Notes under the pieces: generated by a model | Told to the model about the DNA's origin: nothing | The model's input: only the letters and a program-made list of their open reading frames with translations | Database searches by the model: none | Origin: Neorhizobium sp. | GTDB lineage: Bacteria; Pseudomonadota; Alphaproteobacteria; Rhizobiales; Rhizobiaceae | Reading direction: 5' to 3' | NCBI GenBank assembly: GCA_028283725.1 | Contig: JAPWKC010000002.1 | Location: 341,025 to 405,024, forward strand | Length of the DNA: 64,000 nucleotides | Made by a program: the position numbers and the translations under genes | Part shown: positions 38,235 to 47,280 of the stretch, piece by piece | How the letters are laid out: every line of letters begins with the position of its first letter | Numbering within the stretch: position 1 is the stretch's first letter

Positions 38235-38290
38235 CAGGGATTGTAAAGGAGAGCATAACGCCCAAGGCATTTTCCTTTTTACAATCCCTG
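38235..38290. repeat. 13-bp perfect inverted repeat in a divergent intergenic region
   Basis: CAGGGATTGTAAA-N30-TTTACAATCCCTG. Confidence 0.6.
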
Positions 38291-38360
38291 AAGGATGCCC
38301 GGCTCAGCTCGTCTTGACGGTCCATCGCCATTCCATAATTCCTGCACGCCTTGATATTTC

Positions 38361-38387
38361 CTTTCAGCTTTGAAAGCTGGCTGAAAG
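38361..38387 (+). promoter_or_regulatory. Candidate OmpR-family (TctD-like) binding site
   Basis: TGAAAG-N5-TGAAAG direct repeat (11-bp period) plus an inverted CTTTCA, upstream of the ABC operon. Confidence 0.5.
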
Positions 38388-38477
38388 CTTGCTCTGCTAA
38401 TCCAGTCCCGTGCATATCGTTGGGGAGACGCGCTGGAGGGCGTGTCAGCGATAGTGCGAAGTCAAGGAGGACTTCCA

Positions 38478-39494
38478 ATGCAATCCAAACGCCGCCTCGC
38501 GCGCGCCCTGTCCGTTTCCGCGCTTGCTCTCGCGGGCATGCTCTCGACCACCGCCATGTCGCATGCTGCCGACAAGATCACCATCATGGTCGGCGGTTAT
38601 GAAAAGCAGATCTACCTGCCTGCCAAGCTTGCCGAAGCGCTCGGCTACTTCAAGGATGAAGGTCTCAACGTCGAATTGCTCAATGAAGCAGCCGGCGTCG
38701 ATGCCGAAAACCAGCTTCTGGCCGGTGCCGTCCAGGGCGTCGTCGGCTTCTACGATCACTGCGTGGACCTGCAGGCCAAGGGCAAGTTCATCGAATCCGT
38801 CGTCCAGTTCAGCCAGGCGCCGGGCGAAGTCGAACTGGTTTCGACCAAGCATCCCGAAATCAAGTCCTTCGCCGATCTGAAGGGCAAGAACCTCGGCGTG
38901 ACGGGTCTTGGTTCGTCGACCAACTTCCTGTCCCTCTACATGGCCTCCAAGGCCGGTCTCAAAGGTGGCGATGTCGTCACCATTCCGGTCGGTGCCGGCG
39001 GCACGTTCATCGCCGCCATGCAGCAGGATCAGATCCAGGCCGGCATGACGACGGAGCCGACGATCTCGCGCATGGTCAAGACCGGCGAAGCGTCGGTTCT
39101 CGTCGATCTGCGCACGGTCGATGCAACCCGTGCAGCGCTCGGCGGCACTTATCCTGCGGCATCGCTCTACATGGAAACCGCGTGGGTCGATGCTCACAAG
39201 GCGGATGTGCAGAAACTGGCCAATGCCTTCGTCAAGACGCTGAAGTTCATCGACACGCATTCGGCAGCAGACATCGCCGACAAGATGCCGAAAGACTTCT
39301 ACGTCGGTGACAAGGAAGGCTATGTGAAGGCGCTCGAAGCCGGCAAGGGCATGTTCACCAAGGATGGTGTGATGCCGGAAGACGGCCCGAAGACGGTGCT
39401 CGCCGTGCTTGCGGAGTTCTCCAAGAACGTCAAGGGCAAACAGATCGACCTGTCGAAGACCTACACGTCGGACTTCGTCAAGCAGGCCATGTAA
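38478..39494 (+). CDS. NitT/TauT-family ABC transporter substrate-binding protein
   Basis: RBS AAGGAGG; signal peptide; KQIYLPAKLAEALGYF.DEGL, GVTGLGSST. Confidence 0.9.
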   Translation: MQSKRRLARALSVSALALAGMLSTTAMSHAADKITIMVGGYEKQIYLPAKLAEALGYFKDEGLNVELLNEAAGVDAENQLLAGAVQGVVGFYDHCVDLQAKGKFIESVVQFSQAPGEVELVSTKHPEIKSFADLKGKNLGVTGLGSSTNFLSLYMASKAGLKGGDVVTIPVGAGGTFIAAMQQDQIQAGMTTEPTISRMVKTGEASVLVDLRTVDATRAALGGTYPAASLYMETAWVDAHKADVQKLANAFVKTLKFIDTHSAADIADKMPKDFYVGDKEGYVKALEAGKGMFTKDGVMPEDGPKTVLAVLAEFSKNVKGKQIDLSKTYTSDFVKQAM

Positions 39495-39588
39495 ACACAA
39501 TCGCGGCCGGCCAACACCCGCCGGCCGCACCCATTCCCTCCCGATCGATTTTGGACGCGTCACCCGAATGACGCCGAAAGGACGAACC

Positions 39589-40407
39589 ATGCCCATGGAT
39601 CAGGGCCGGTCCCCGGCCATCGAACTCATCAACGTGACGCGCCGTTTCGTGTCCCCCACCGGCAAGACCCTGACGGCCTTGCGCGATTTCAACATGACCG
39701 TCGAACGCGGCGAATTCGTCGCCGTCGTCGGCCCGACGGGCTGCGGCAAGTCGACGACGCTCAACCTTGTCACCGGGCTTGCCCGGCCGAGCGCCGGTGA
39801 AGTGCGCCTGATGGGCGGCCCGGTCTCCGGCATCGACCCGCGCGTCGGCTTCGCCTTCCAGAAGGATGCGCTCTTCCCGTGGAAGAACGTCATCGACAAC
39901 GTCATGGCCGGCCCGCTCTTTCGCGGCAAGTCGAAGGCCGAAGCCGAGCGCATGGCCAAGGACTGGCTGGCCCGCGTCGGCCTGTCGAAGTTCCTGCATC
40001 ACTATCCGCACCAGCTTTCCGGCGGTATGCGCAAGCGCGTCTCGCTGGCGCAGACCTTCATCAACGAGCCGGAAATCCTGCTGATGGACGAGCCCTTCTC
40101 GGCGCTCGACGTGCAGACCCGCACCGTCATGCATGAGGAGCTTCTGAAGCTCTGGGCAGAACGTCAGGCCTCCGTCGTCTTCGTCACCCATGATCTGGAA
40201 GAAGCAGTCGCCCTGGCCGACAAGGTCTATGTGCTGACGGCCGGCCCCGCGACCGTCAAATCCGTCTACAAGGTGGATCTGCCACGGCCGCGCGTCGTCT
40301 CGGAAATCCGCTACGACCAGCAATTCATCGATTACTGCAAGACCATCTGGGAAGACCTCCGTCAGGAAGTCGAGACCAGCTACCGCCGCGCCAGCGAAGC
40401 TGCGTGA
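39589..40407 (+). CDS. NitT/TauT-family ABC transporter ATP-binding protein
   Basis: [25 protein letters not shown]. Confidence 0.93.
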   Translation: MPMDQGRSPAIELINVTRRFVSPTGKTLTALRDFNMTVERGEFVAVVGPTGCGKSTTLNLVTGLARPSAGEVRLMGGPVSGIDPRVGFAFQKDALFPWKNVIDNVMAGPLFRGKSKAEAERMAKDWLARVGLSKFLHHYPHQLSGGMRKRVSLAQTFINEPEILLMDEPFSALDVQTRTVMHEELLKLWAERQASVVFVTHDLEEAVALADKVYVLTAGPATVKSVYKVDLPRPRVVSEIRYDQQFIDYCKTIWEDLRQEVETSYRRASEAA

Positions 40408-40425
40408 CAAGGAGGAGGATATCCA

Positions 40426-41304
40426 ATGGCAAACATCGCAATGGAACCCGCCGCAGCGACATTCCGCCCCGGCACCAGTGACACGGAAATCGAAGCTGCC
40501 GCGCTGAGGACGATCAAGCGGCGCAAGCAGCTCGTGCTGTTCTGGCAGATCGCCATTCTGGTGATCGCGCTCGGTCTGTGGGAAATCTCCTCGCAGATGA
40601 ACTGGATCGACCCGTTCTTCTATGCAAGCCCCAGCCTCGTTGCCGAGCGCCTCTATGATTGGGCCCTCAACGGCACGACCGAAGGCTCGCTCTGGTACAA
40701 TCTCGGCATCACCATGGAAGAGGCGCTGATCGGCTTCTTTACCGGCTCGATTGCCGGGGTCGTCGTCGGCATCGGCCTTGGCCGCAATCAGATGCTGTCG
40801 GATATCCTGTCCGTCTATATCAAGGCGATCAACTCGATCCCGCGCGTCGTCCTCGCACCGATCTTCATCATGATCATGGGGCTTGGCCTTGCCTCCAAGG
40901 TGGCGCTTGCCTTCATCATGGTATTCTTCGTCGTCTTCGCCAACGCCTTCCAGGGGGTGCGTGAAGCAGACCGCGACATGATCGCCAATGCCCGCATCCT
41001 CGGCGCCTCCGACTGGCAGGTGACGCGTACAGTCATCGTTCCCTCGGCGATGAGCTGGATCTTTGCCAGCCTGCACGTCTCCTTCGGCTTTGCCATCATC
41101 GGCGCCATCGTCGGCGAGTTCGTCGGTGCCCGTTTCGGCATCGGCCAGCTGATTTCGATCGCCAAGGGCACGTTCGATGCGGCCGGCATGTTTGCCGCCA
41201 TCGTGCTGGTCATGATCGTCACCCTGGTTGCCGAATATATCATGACGATGGTCGAAAACCGGCTTGCCAAGTGGCGCCCGCAGCAGGGCCTCGATACCCA
41301 CTGA
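40426..41304 (+). CDS. NitT/TauT-family ABC transporter permease
   Basis: NSIPRVVLAP, NARILGAS, GAIVGEF; RBS GGAGGAGG. Confidence 0.93.
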   Translation: MANIAMEPAAATFRPGTSDTEIEAAALRTIKRRKQLVLFWQIAILVIALGLWEISSQMNWIDPFFYASPSLVAERLYDWALNGTTEGSLWYNLGITMEEALIGFFTGSIAGVVVGIGLGRNQMLSDILSVYIKAINSIPRVVLAPIFIMIMGLGLASKVALAFIMVFFVVFANAFQGVREADRDMIANARILGASDWQVTRTVIVPSAMSWIFASLHVSFGFAIIGAIVGEFVGARFGIGQLISIAKGTFDAAGMFAAIVLVMIVTLVAEYIMTMVENRLAKWRPQQGLDTH

Positions 41305-41333
41305 AATCGGGTCCTGCATCACTTTGAAAATCC

Positions 41334-41367
41334 GAAAGGGGGCAAACTGCCCCCTTTCCTGTTTTTT
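41334..41367 (+). terminator. Rho-independent terminator
   Basis: GAAAGGGGGC-aaact-GCCCCCTTTC followed by CTGTTTTTT. Confidence 0.75.
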
Positions 41368-41403
41368 CGCCCCAGGGTTCCTGTCCGAAGGGTCGCGGGA
41401 CGA

Positions 41404-42804
41404 TCAATCGGTCGCTGCCGGCAGCGTCACCGTCACCACCAGCCCGCCGCCTTCGGCATCCTCCAGGGTTACCGATCCGCCGGCACCGACAACGACCTCG
41501 CGAACGATCGCAAGCCCGAGACCGCTGCCTTCCTGTTGCGTGCCGATCACCCGGTAGAACCGTTCGAAGACATGGTCTCGCTCGCTTTCGGGAATGCCCG
41601 GCCCGGTGTCGCGCACCGTCACCGTCACCTGTCCGTAGACAGTTGCGACCGAGACCGTCACTTCGCCCGGCGCCGGCGTATACCGCAGCGCATTATCGAC
41701 GAGGTTGACGACCATCTCGCGCAGCATCGTCCCGTCCCCGACGACGACGGCGCCTGTATCTGCTTCGAGACCAAGGTCGATGCCACGGCGCAAGGCGTCC
41801 TCCGCATGCGCCTCCAGAACCTTGCGAGCGGTCGCCGCCATGTCGATATGTTCGGCCCGTGGCGCCCGGCTGCCCGGCTCGGCCCGCGTCAGCGTCAGGA
41901 GCTGTTCGGCCAGTCGCGAGAGCTGGCGCGTGCTGCGTGTCAAAGCCTGCAATGCTTCGGTGCGCCGCTCGGCATCGGTCTCGCGGGCGGCGAAGCTGGC
42001 TTGCGTTGCGAGAAGCGTCAACGGCGTACGCAGCTGATGGGCGGCGTTGGAGACAAAGCGGCGCTGCGAGGCCATCTGCCGCTCGATCCGCTGCATGTAA
42101 TCGTTGAGCGCCAGAACCAGCGGCTTGATTTCGGTCTGCACCATGTCGGGATCGAAGGGTTCCAACCGCTCCCGCCGGCTGGCAAGCACGGCACCTCGCA
42201 GCTTCATCACCGGCGCAAGGCCGGCGCGCAGGCCGACGACCGTGACGATGCCGGCCATGACGACGAGGATCAGCTGGCTTTCGAAATCCGCCAGCAGCAG
42301 CCGGTGCCGCATGGCGCGGGCACCATTGTTGGTCACCGCCACCGTGACATTGATGCCGCCATCGTTTTCCAGTCCGACCAGCGGATGGTTGAGCATCAGC
42401 GCCCGGACGTTATGATCGTGAAACGAAAGGCCCTGGCCCTCCTGCTCCCTGCTCGGCGAGGGCAGGTCGGGATAGCCTGATATCAGTGTGCCCCAGGCGG
42501 TGATGACGCGGTAATAGACGTTGTCGCCTTGCCCCGTGTCGAACATTTCGAGTGCGGCCGGCGGGATATCGACTTCCACGTTGCCGCCGTCATCCACGCG
42601 AACGGCTTCTGCAATCATCCGGGCCGAGCCGAGCAGCATGTTGTCGGTGACGATATTGGCTGCCTCGCGCGCCCGCGACGTGCTGAAATAGAGGTTGAGG
42701 CACAAAACGCAGACGAGCGTTGCCGTCACCCAGGCCAGCAGTTGCGCGCGCAGGCTGTGCCTGAGGCCCGACCATAAGGCTTTGAGGGGCTTGAGCGCGC
42801 TCAC
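41404..42804 (-). CDS. Sensor histidine kinase (TctE/QseC-like, 2CSK_N sensor)
   Basis: SLRAQLL, IPPAALEMF, NAAHQLRTPL H-box, NLVDNALRY, DTGPGI, GSGLGL; GTG start next to the regulator stop. Confidence 0.9.
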   Translation of the reverse strand: MSALKPLKALWSGLRHSLRAQLLAWVTATLVCVLCLNLYFSTSRAREAANIVTDNMLLGSARMIAEAVRVDDGGNVEVDIPPAALEMFDTGQGDNVYYRVITAWGTLISGYPDLPSPSREQEGQGLSFHDHNVRALMLNHPLVGLENDGGINVTVAVTNNGARAMRHRLLLADFESQLILVVMAGIVTVVGLRAGLAPVMKLRGAVLASRRERLEPFDPDMVQTEIKPLVLALNDYMQRIERQMASQRRFVSNAAHQLRTPLTLLATQASFAARETDAERRTEALQALTRSTRQLSRLAEQLLTLTRAEPGSRAPRAEHIDMAATARKVLEAHAEDALRRGIDLGLEADTGAVVVGDGTMLREMVVNLVDNALRYTPAPGEVTVSVATVYGQVTVTVRDTGPGIPESERDHVFERFYRVIGTQQEGSGLGLAIVREVVVGAGGSVTLEDAEGGGLVVTVTLPAATD

Positions 42805-42805
42805 G

Positions 42806-43471
42806 TCAGGTTGCCCGCAGCATATAGCCGAGGCCACGCAATGTGGCGATCTGCACGGAGGCGCCTTCCAGCTTCTTGCGGACGCGGTGGACATAGATCT
42901 CGATGGCGCTCGGATCGGTGTCGGCATCGAAGCCGAAGACACTGTCGGACAGCGCGGATTTGGTCACGGTCGTCCCGGCCTTCAGGATCAGGTATTCGAG
43001 CACGGAATGCTCACGCGGCGTCAGAGACAGAAGATTGCCCTTCAGCTCGAACTGTCGCGTCGTGCTGTTGAGAATGAGGTCCCCGACCGCGATTTGCGGA
43101 CTTGCCAGATCGTGGCCGCGCCGGATGACGGCCCGCAGCCGGGCCTCGAGCTCCGCCAGTTCGAAGGGCTTTGCCAGATAGTCGTCGGCACCGGAATCGA
43201 GCCCGGCGACGCGGCCGTCGAGCGAGGCATTGGCGGTGAGAATGATGACCGGTGCCCGGCTGCCACTGCGCCGAAGCCGTTTCAGCAGGGTCATTCCGTC
43301 GATCTTGGGAATGGAGAGATCGAGGATGACGGCCGCATAGTCGGCCATCGCAATCAGATGCTCGCCCTCTTCGCCATCATGAGCCGTATCGACGGCATAA
43401 CCTGCCTGATGCAGCGCCTTGGCCAGCCAATCGGCCAGCTCATGATTGTCCTCGACGATCAACAGCCGCAT
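42806..43471 (-). CDS. OmpR-family response regulator (TctD-like)
   Basis: MRLLIVED, ILDLSIP..DG, GADDYLAKPF, AIEIYVHRVRKKL, TLRGLGY. Confidence 0.93.
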   Translation of the reverse strand: MRLLIVEDNHELADWLAKALHQAGYAVDTAHDGEEGEHLIAMADYAAVILDLSIPKIDGMTLLKRLRRSGSRAPVIILTANASLDGRVAGLDSGADDYLAKPFELAELEARLRAVIRRGHDLASPQIAVGDLILNSTTRQFELKGNLLSLTPREHSVLEYLILKAGTTVTKSALSDSVFGFDADTDPSAIEIYVHRVRKKLEGASVQIATLRGLGYMLRAT

Positions 43472-43625
43472 CTCACGCATTCCTCCCCGGTATCCCATAG
43501 GAGGATAAAGCTTTGCGGCGGCAAAGAAAATGCCGAAAAATCACGCGTCGGCCGCAGGTGCGTCGCCATCGGCGCGACATGTCGCGGCGGCACGGCAATC
43601 GCCAGTTTCAGAGAGGCGCCGGCTG

Positions 43626-43901
43626 TCAGACGTCGGGGCTGCAATCCGTTGCGCGTTTGGCGCAAACGGCGATATTATCCTCGTCCACGTCTAGAAATGC
43701 GATGCCGCCGCGTTCGAAGGCAAGCCGCAGCTGTGCTTCCGTTGCCCGATGCGCATCGTGGCGGCTGCCTTCATAATCACGGATCGTGCTACGCGACACG
43801 CCCGAACGGTCGGCCAGATCGGTCTGCGTCCAATCGAGCAGGCCGCGTGCGGCGCGACAGATCGCGGGCGTTAAAATCTTAGGCTGTGCTGCTTGACCCA
43901 T
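43626..43901 (-). CDS. Small XRE/Cro-type HTH transcriptional regulator
   Basis: TPAICRAARGLLDWTQTDLADRSGVSRSTIRDYE...AFERGGIAF; start uncertain (43901-43946). Confidence 0.85.
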   Translation of the reverse strand: MGQAAQPKILTPAICRAARGLLDWTQTDLADRSGVSRSTIRDYEGSRHDAHRATEAQLRLAFERGGIAFLDVDEDNIAVCAKRATDCSPDV

Positions 43902-44056
43902 CGTCAAATACTGCCCATATTGGTCAATAACAGCCATATATGTCATTACCGATCAAAATGCCAGAGATTGTTGGCAATGCTGCTTGAATCGGGAGCACGG
44001 GAGAGGACCGGAGCATTGGGATAACGTCAGGACCATATATTCTTCTCATCGTCCTG

Positions 44057-46942
44057 ATGCTGCCTTTCGTCGGCAGCCTTGCATCCGTTTTCATGCTGGC
44101 GACCAAGTCGCGCGCGGTACCCTCCGCACTGGCTGGTGTCGTTGCCTTCATCGGCGTTGTCCTGACCGTATCGCTCTACCCGGCAATCGCCGGAGGCGAT
44201 GTGCTGAAACTCGACGTCGCCTGGGTGCCGCAGCTCGGGCTCAATTTCACGCTGCGCCTTGATGGTTTCGCCTGGCTGTTTGCGGTCTTGATCTTCGGAA
44301 TCGGCTTTCTCGTCGTGCTCTATGCACGTTATTACATGTCCGAGGACGACCCCGTCCCGCGCTTCTTCTCGTTTTTCCTTGCCTTCATGGGCGCCATGCT
44401 CGGCATTGTCCTGTCGGGCAATGTTATCCTTCTCTCGGTATTCTGGGAGATGACGAGCATCTTCTCCTTCCTGCTGATCAGCTATTGGCACGGCAATGCC
44501 GGTGCGCGCGACGGCGCCCGCATGGCGCTGACTGTTACCGGGATCGGCGGTTTCTGCCTGCTGATCGGCCTGCTTATTCTGGGCAACATCGTCGGCAGCT
44601 ACGATCTCGACAAGATCCTCGTCTCCGGTGAAGCAATCCGCGCGCACACCCTCTATGTTCCAGCGCTCGTCTTCATCCTGCTCGGCGCACTTACGAAGAG
44701 TGCCCAGTTCCCGTTCCACTTCTGGCTGCCGAATGCGATGGCGGCGCCGACGCCGGTTTCCGCCTTCCTGCATTCGGCGACCATGGTGAAGGCCGGTGTG
44801 TTTCTTCTGGCGCGCCTGTCGCCGGCGCTGTCCGGTTCATACGAATGGTTCGTGCTGCTGGGAGCCGCGGGCATCATCACGCTGCTGCTCGGCGCCTATT
44901 TCGCCATGTTCCAGCAGGATCTGAAGGGCCTGCTGGCCTATTCGACAATCAGCCATCTCGGGCTGATCACCACGCTCTTGAGCCTTGGAAGCCCGCTTGC
45001 AACGGTGGCGGCCATCTTCCACATGGTCAACCACGCCACGTTCAAGGCCTCGCTGTTCATGGCGGCGGGGATTATCGACCACGAGACCGGCACGCGTGAC
45101 ATGCGGCGACTGAGCGGGCTCTATCGCTATCTGCCCGTCACCGGCACGCTTGCCATGGTGGCAAGTGCCGCGATGGCCGGCGTGCCGCTGTTGAACGGCT
45201 TTCTGTCGAAGGAAATGTTCTTCGCGGAGGCGGTCGAAACCCACGCGGACAGCATTCTCGATCGGATCCTGCCTTATGTGGCAACACTGGCCGGCGCCTT
45301 CAGCGTGGCCTATTCGCTGCGGTTCATCCACACGGTGTTCTTCGGCCCGAAGTCCAACGATCTGCCCAAGCCGTCGCCGCACGAGCCGCCGCGCTGGATG
45401 CGGTTCCCGATCGAGTTCCTGGTTGTCGTCTGCCTGATCGTCGGCATCGTTCCCTCACTCTCGATCGGCCCTTTTCTGCACACGGCCGTCGTCAGCGTTC
45501 TCGGCGATGCGACGCCGGACTACAGTCTGGCGATCTGGCACGGGGTCAATACGCCGCTGATCATGAGCGTGATTGCGCTTGTCGGCGGTTCCGCCCTCTA
45601 CGTGGTTCTCGGCAAATATCTGTCGCGCTGCGACGACGGTCCGCCGGTCTTCCGGCGCTTGAGGGGCCAGCGTATCTTCGAGCGTATTCTCGTCGAGGTA
45701 TCCTGGCACTGGGCGCGACTGGCCGAAAGGCGGCTCGGCACCCGCAAGCTGCAGCCGCAGCTGCGCTGGGTCGTGGCGACGGGTTTCCTCGCCGGCCTCC
45801 TGCCGCTCTATCTTTCGGGTTTCGAGACCCGTCCCTTTGTGCTGTCCGGCGTCGATCCGGTCTTTGCCGGGCTCTGGCTGATCGGCATATGCCTTGCAAT
45901 CGGTACCGCCTATCTGGCGAAGTATCATCGTCTGGCATCGCTGATCATGCTTGGCGGCGTCGGCCTGATCGTCTGCATTTCCTTCCTGTGGCTGTCGGCG
46001 CCGGATCTGGCGATGACCCAGCTTCTGGTCGAGATCATCACCACCGTCCTCATTCTGCTTGGCCTGCGCTGGCTGCCGAAGCGCAGCGAACTGGTGGATG
46101 AGCAGATCACCTTCAGAGCCCGTTTCCGCCGATTTCGCGATCTGGCGCTCGCCGTTGCCTGCGGCATCGGGATGACTTTCATCTCCTATGCGGTGATGAC
46201 GACGCCCGTGCCGGATGCGATTGCCAGCTATTTCCTGCAGAACGCCTATGTCCAGGGCGGCGGACGCAACGTCGTCAATGTCATTCTGGTCGATTTTCGT
46301 GGTTTCGACACGCTGGGCGAAATCACCGTTCTCGGCGTCGTCGCGCTCACCGTCTTTGCTCTTTTGCGCCGCTTCCGCCCGGCTGCCGAAGCCATGGCCA
46401 TGCCGGAACAGCAGCGGATCCAGAACCGCTTCGACGAAGAGCGGCCGGAACGGTCTGCGGGCGATACGGTGCGTGACTACATGCTGGTGCCATCGGTCAT
46501 CATGCAGTGGCTGTTCCCGATCATCATCACCTTCGCCGTCTATATCTTCATGCGCGGGCATGATCTTCCAGGCGGCGGGTTCTCGGCCGGCCTGACCCTG
46601 TCTATCGCATTCCTGCTGCAATATCTGGCCGGCGGCACCCGCTGGGCGGAGGATCGCATCCGTATCCTGCCGGTTCGCTGGATGGGGGCGGGGCTTGTCA
46701 TCTCCACGTTGACGGGGATGGGTGCCTGGTTCCTCGGCTACCCGTTCCTCACCTCGCATTTTCAGTATGCCGAGATACCGCTGCTCGGCAAGATCCCGAT
46801 GGCGTCTGCGCTGCTCTTCGATCTCGGTGTCTTCATGCTCGTCGTCGGCTCGACGGTCCTGATCCTCGTTGCCCTTGCGCACCAGTCGATCCGCATCAAC
46901 CGCCTGCGCGTCGTCGAGGCGGAGAAGGCGAAGGAAAGCTGA
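44057..46942 (+). CDS. phaA: Monovalent cation/H+ antiporter subunit A (fused PhaA/B)
   Basis: FWEMTS, TKSAQFPFHFWLPNAMAAPTP, NVVNVILVDFRGFDTLGE, GHDLPGGGF; the true start may lie a few codons upstream. Confidence 0.93.
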   Translation: MLPFVGSLASVFMLATKSRAVPSALAGVVAFIGVVLTVSLYPAIAGGDVLKLDVAWVPQLGLNFTLRLDGFAWLFAVLIFGIGFLVVLYARYYMSEDDPVPRFFSFFLAFMGAMLGIVLSGNVILLSVFWEMTSIFSFLLISYWHGNAGARDGARMALTVTGIGGFCLLIGLLILGNIVGSYDLDKILVSGEAIRAHTLYVPALVFILLGALTKSAQFPFHFWLPNAMAAPTPVSAFLHSATMVKAGVFLLARLSPALSGSYEWFVLLGAAGIITLLLGAYFAMFQQDLKGLLAYSTISHLGLITTLLSLGSPLATVAAIFHMVNHATFKASLFMAAGIIDHETGTRDMRRLSGLYRYLPVTGTLAMVASAAMAGVPLLNGFLSKEMFFAEAVETHADSILDRILPYVATLAGAFSVAYSLRFIHTVFFGPKSNDLPKPSPHEPPRWMRFPIEFLVVVCLIVGIVPSLSIGPFLHTAVVSVLGDATPDYSLAIWHGVNTPLIMSVIALVGGSALYVVLGKYLSRCDDGPPVFRRLRGQRIFERILVEVSWHWARLAERRLGTRKLQPQLRWVVATGFLAGLLPLYLSGFETRPFVLSGVDPVFAGLWLIGICLAIGTAYLAKYHRLASLIMLGGVGLIVCISFLWLSAPDLAMTQLLVEIITTVLILLGLRWLPKRSELVDEQITFRARFRRFRDLALAVACGIGMTFISYAVMTTPVPDAIASYFLQNAYVQGGGRNVVNVILVDFRGFDTLGEITVLGVVALTVFALLRRFRPAAEAMAMPEQQRIQNRFDEERPERSAGDTVRDYMLVPSVIMQWLFPIIITFAVYIFMRGHDLPGGGFSAGLTLSIAFLLQYLAGGTRWAEDRIRILPVRWMGAGLVISTLTGMGAWFLGYPFLTSHFQYAEIPLLGKIPMASALLFDLGVFMLVVGSTVLILVALAHQSIRINRLRVVEAEKAKES

Positions 46943-47280
46943 TGGAAATCATTCTCTCCATTGCGATCGGTGTGATGACCACATGCGGTGTGTGGCTGCT
47001 TCTGCGCCCGCGCACCTATCAGGTGATCATCGGGCTTTCGCTTCTCTCCTACGCGGTCAATCTCTTCATCTTCGGCGTCGGCGGTGTGAAGACCAATGTG
47101 CCGCCGATCCTCGACGAGGTTGGCAGCGCTGCCCATCTCGCCGATCCGGTGCCGCAGGCACTGGTGCTGACCGCGATCGTCATCGGTTTTGCGACGACGG
47201 CGCTCTTCCTCGTCGTCCTGCTCGCGTCTCGCGGCCTGACGGGTACCGACCATGTGGATGGAAGGAGCGACCGCAAATGA
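46942..47280 (+). CDS. phaC: Cation/H+ antiporter subunit C
   Basis: ADPVPQALVLTAIVIGFA; operon order. Confidence 0.93.
   Translation: MEIILSIAIGVMTTCGVWLLLRPRTYQVIIGLSLLSYAVNLFIFGVGGVKTNVPPILDEVGSAAHLADPVPQALVLTAIVIGFATTALFLVVLLASRGLTGTDHVDGRSDRK

Noticed and set aside
39503-39528. GC hairpin between the SBP and ATPase genes (similar ones near 341-364 and 30352-30378)
   Set aside because: Ordinary intercistronic stabiliser or terminator hairpins with no shared sequence, so not a REP/RIME family.
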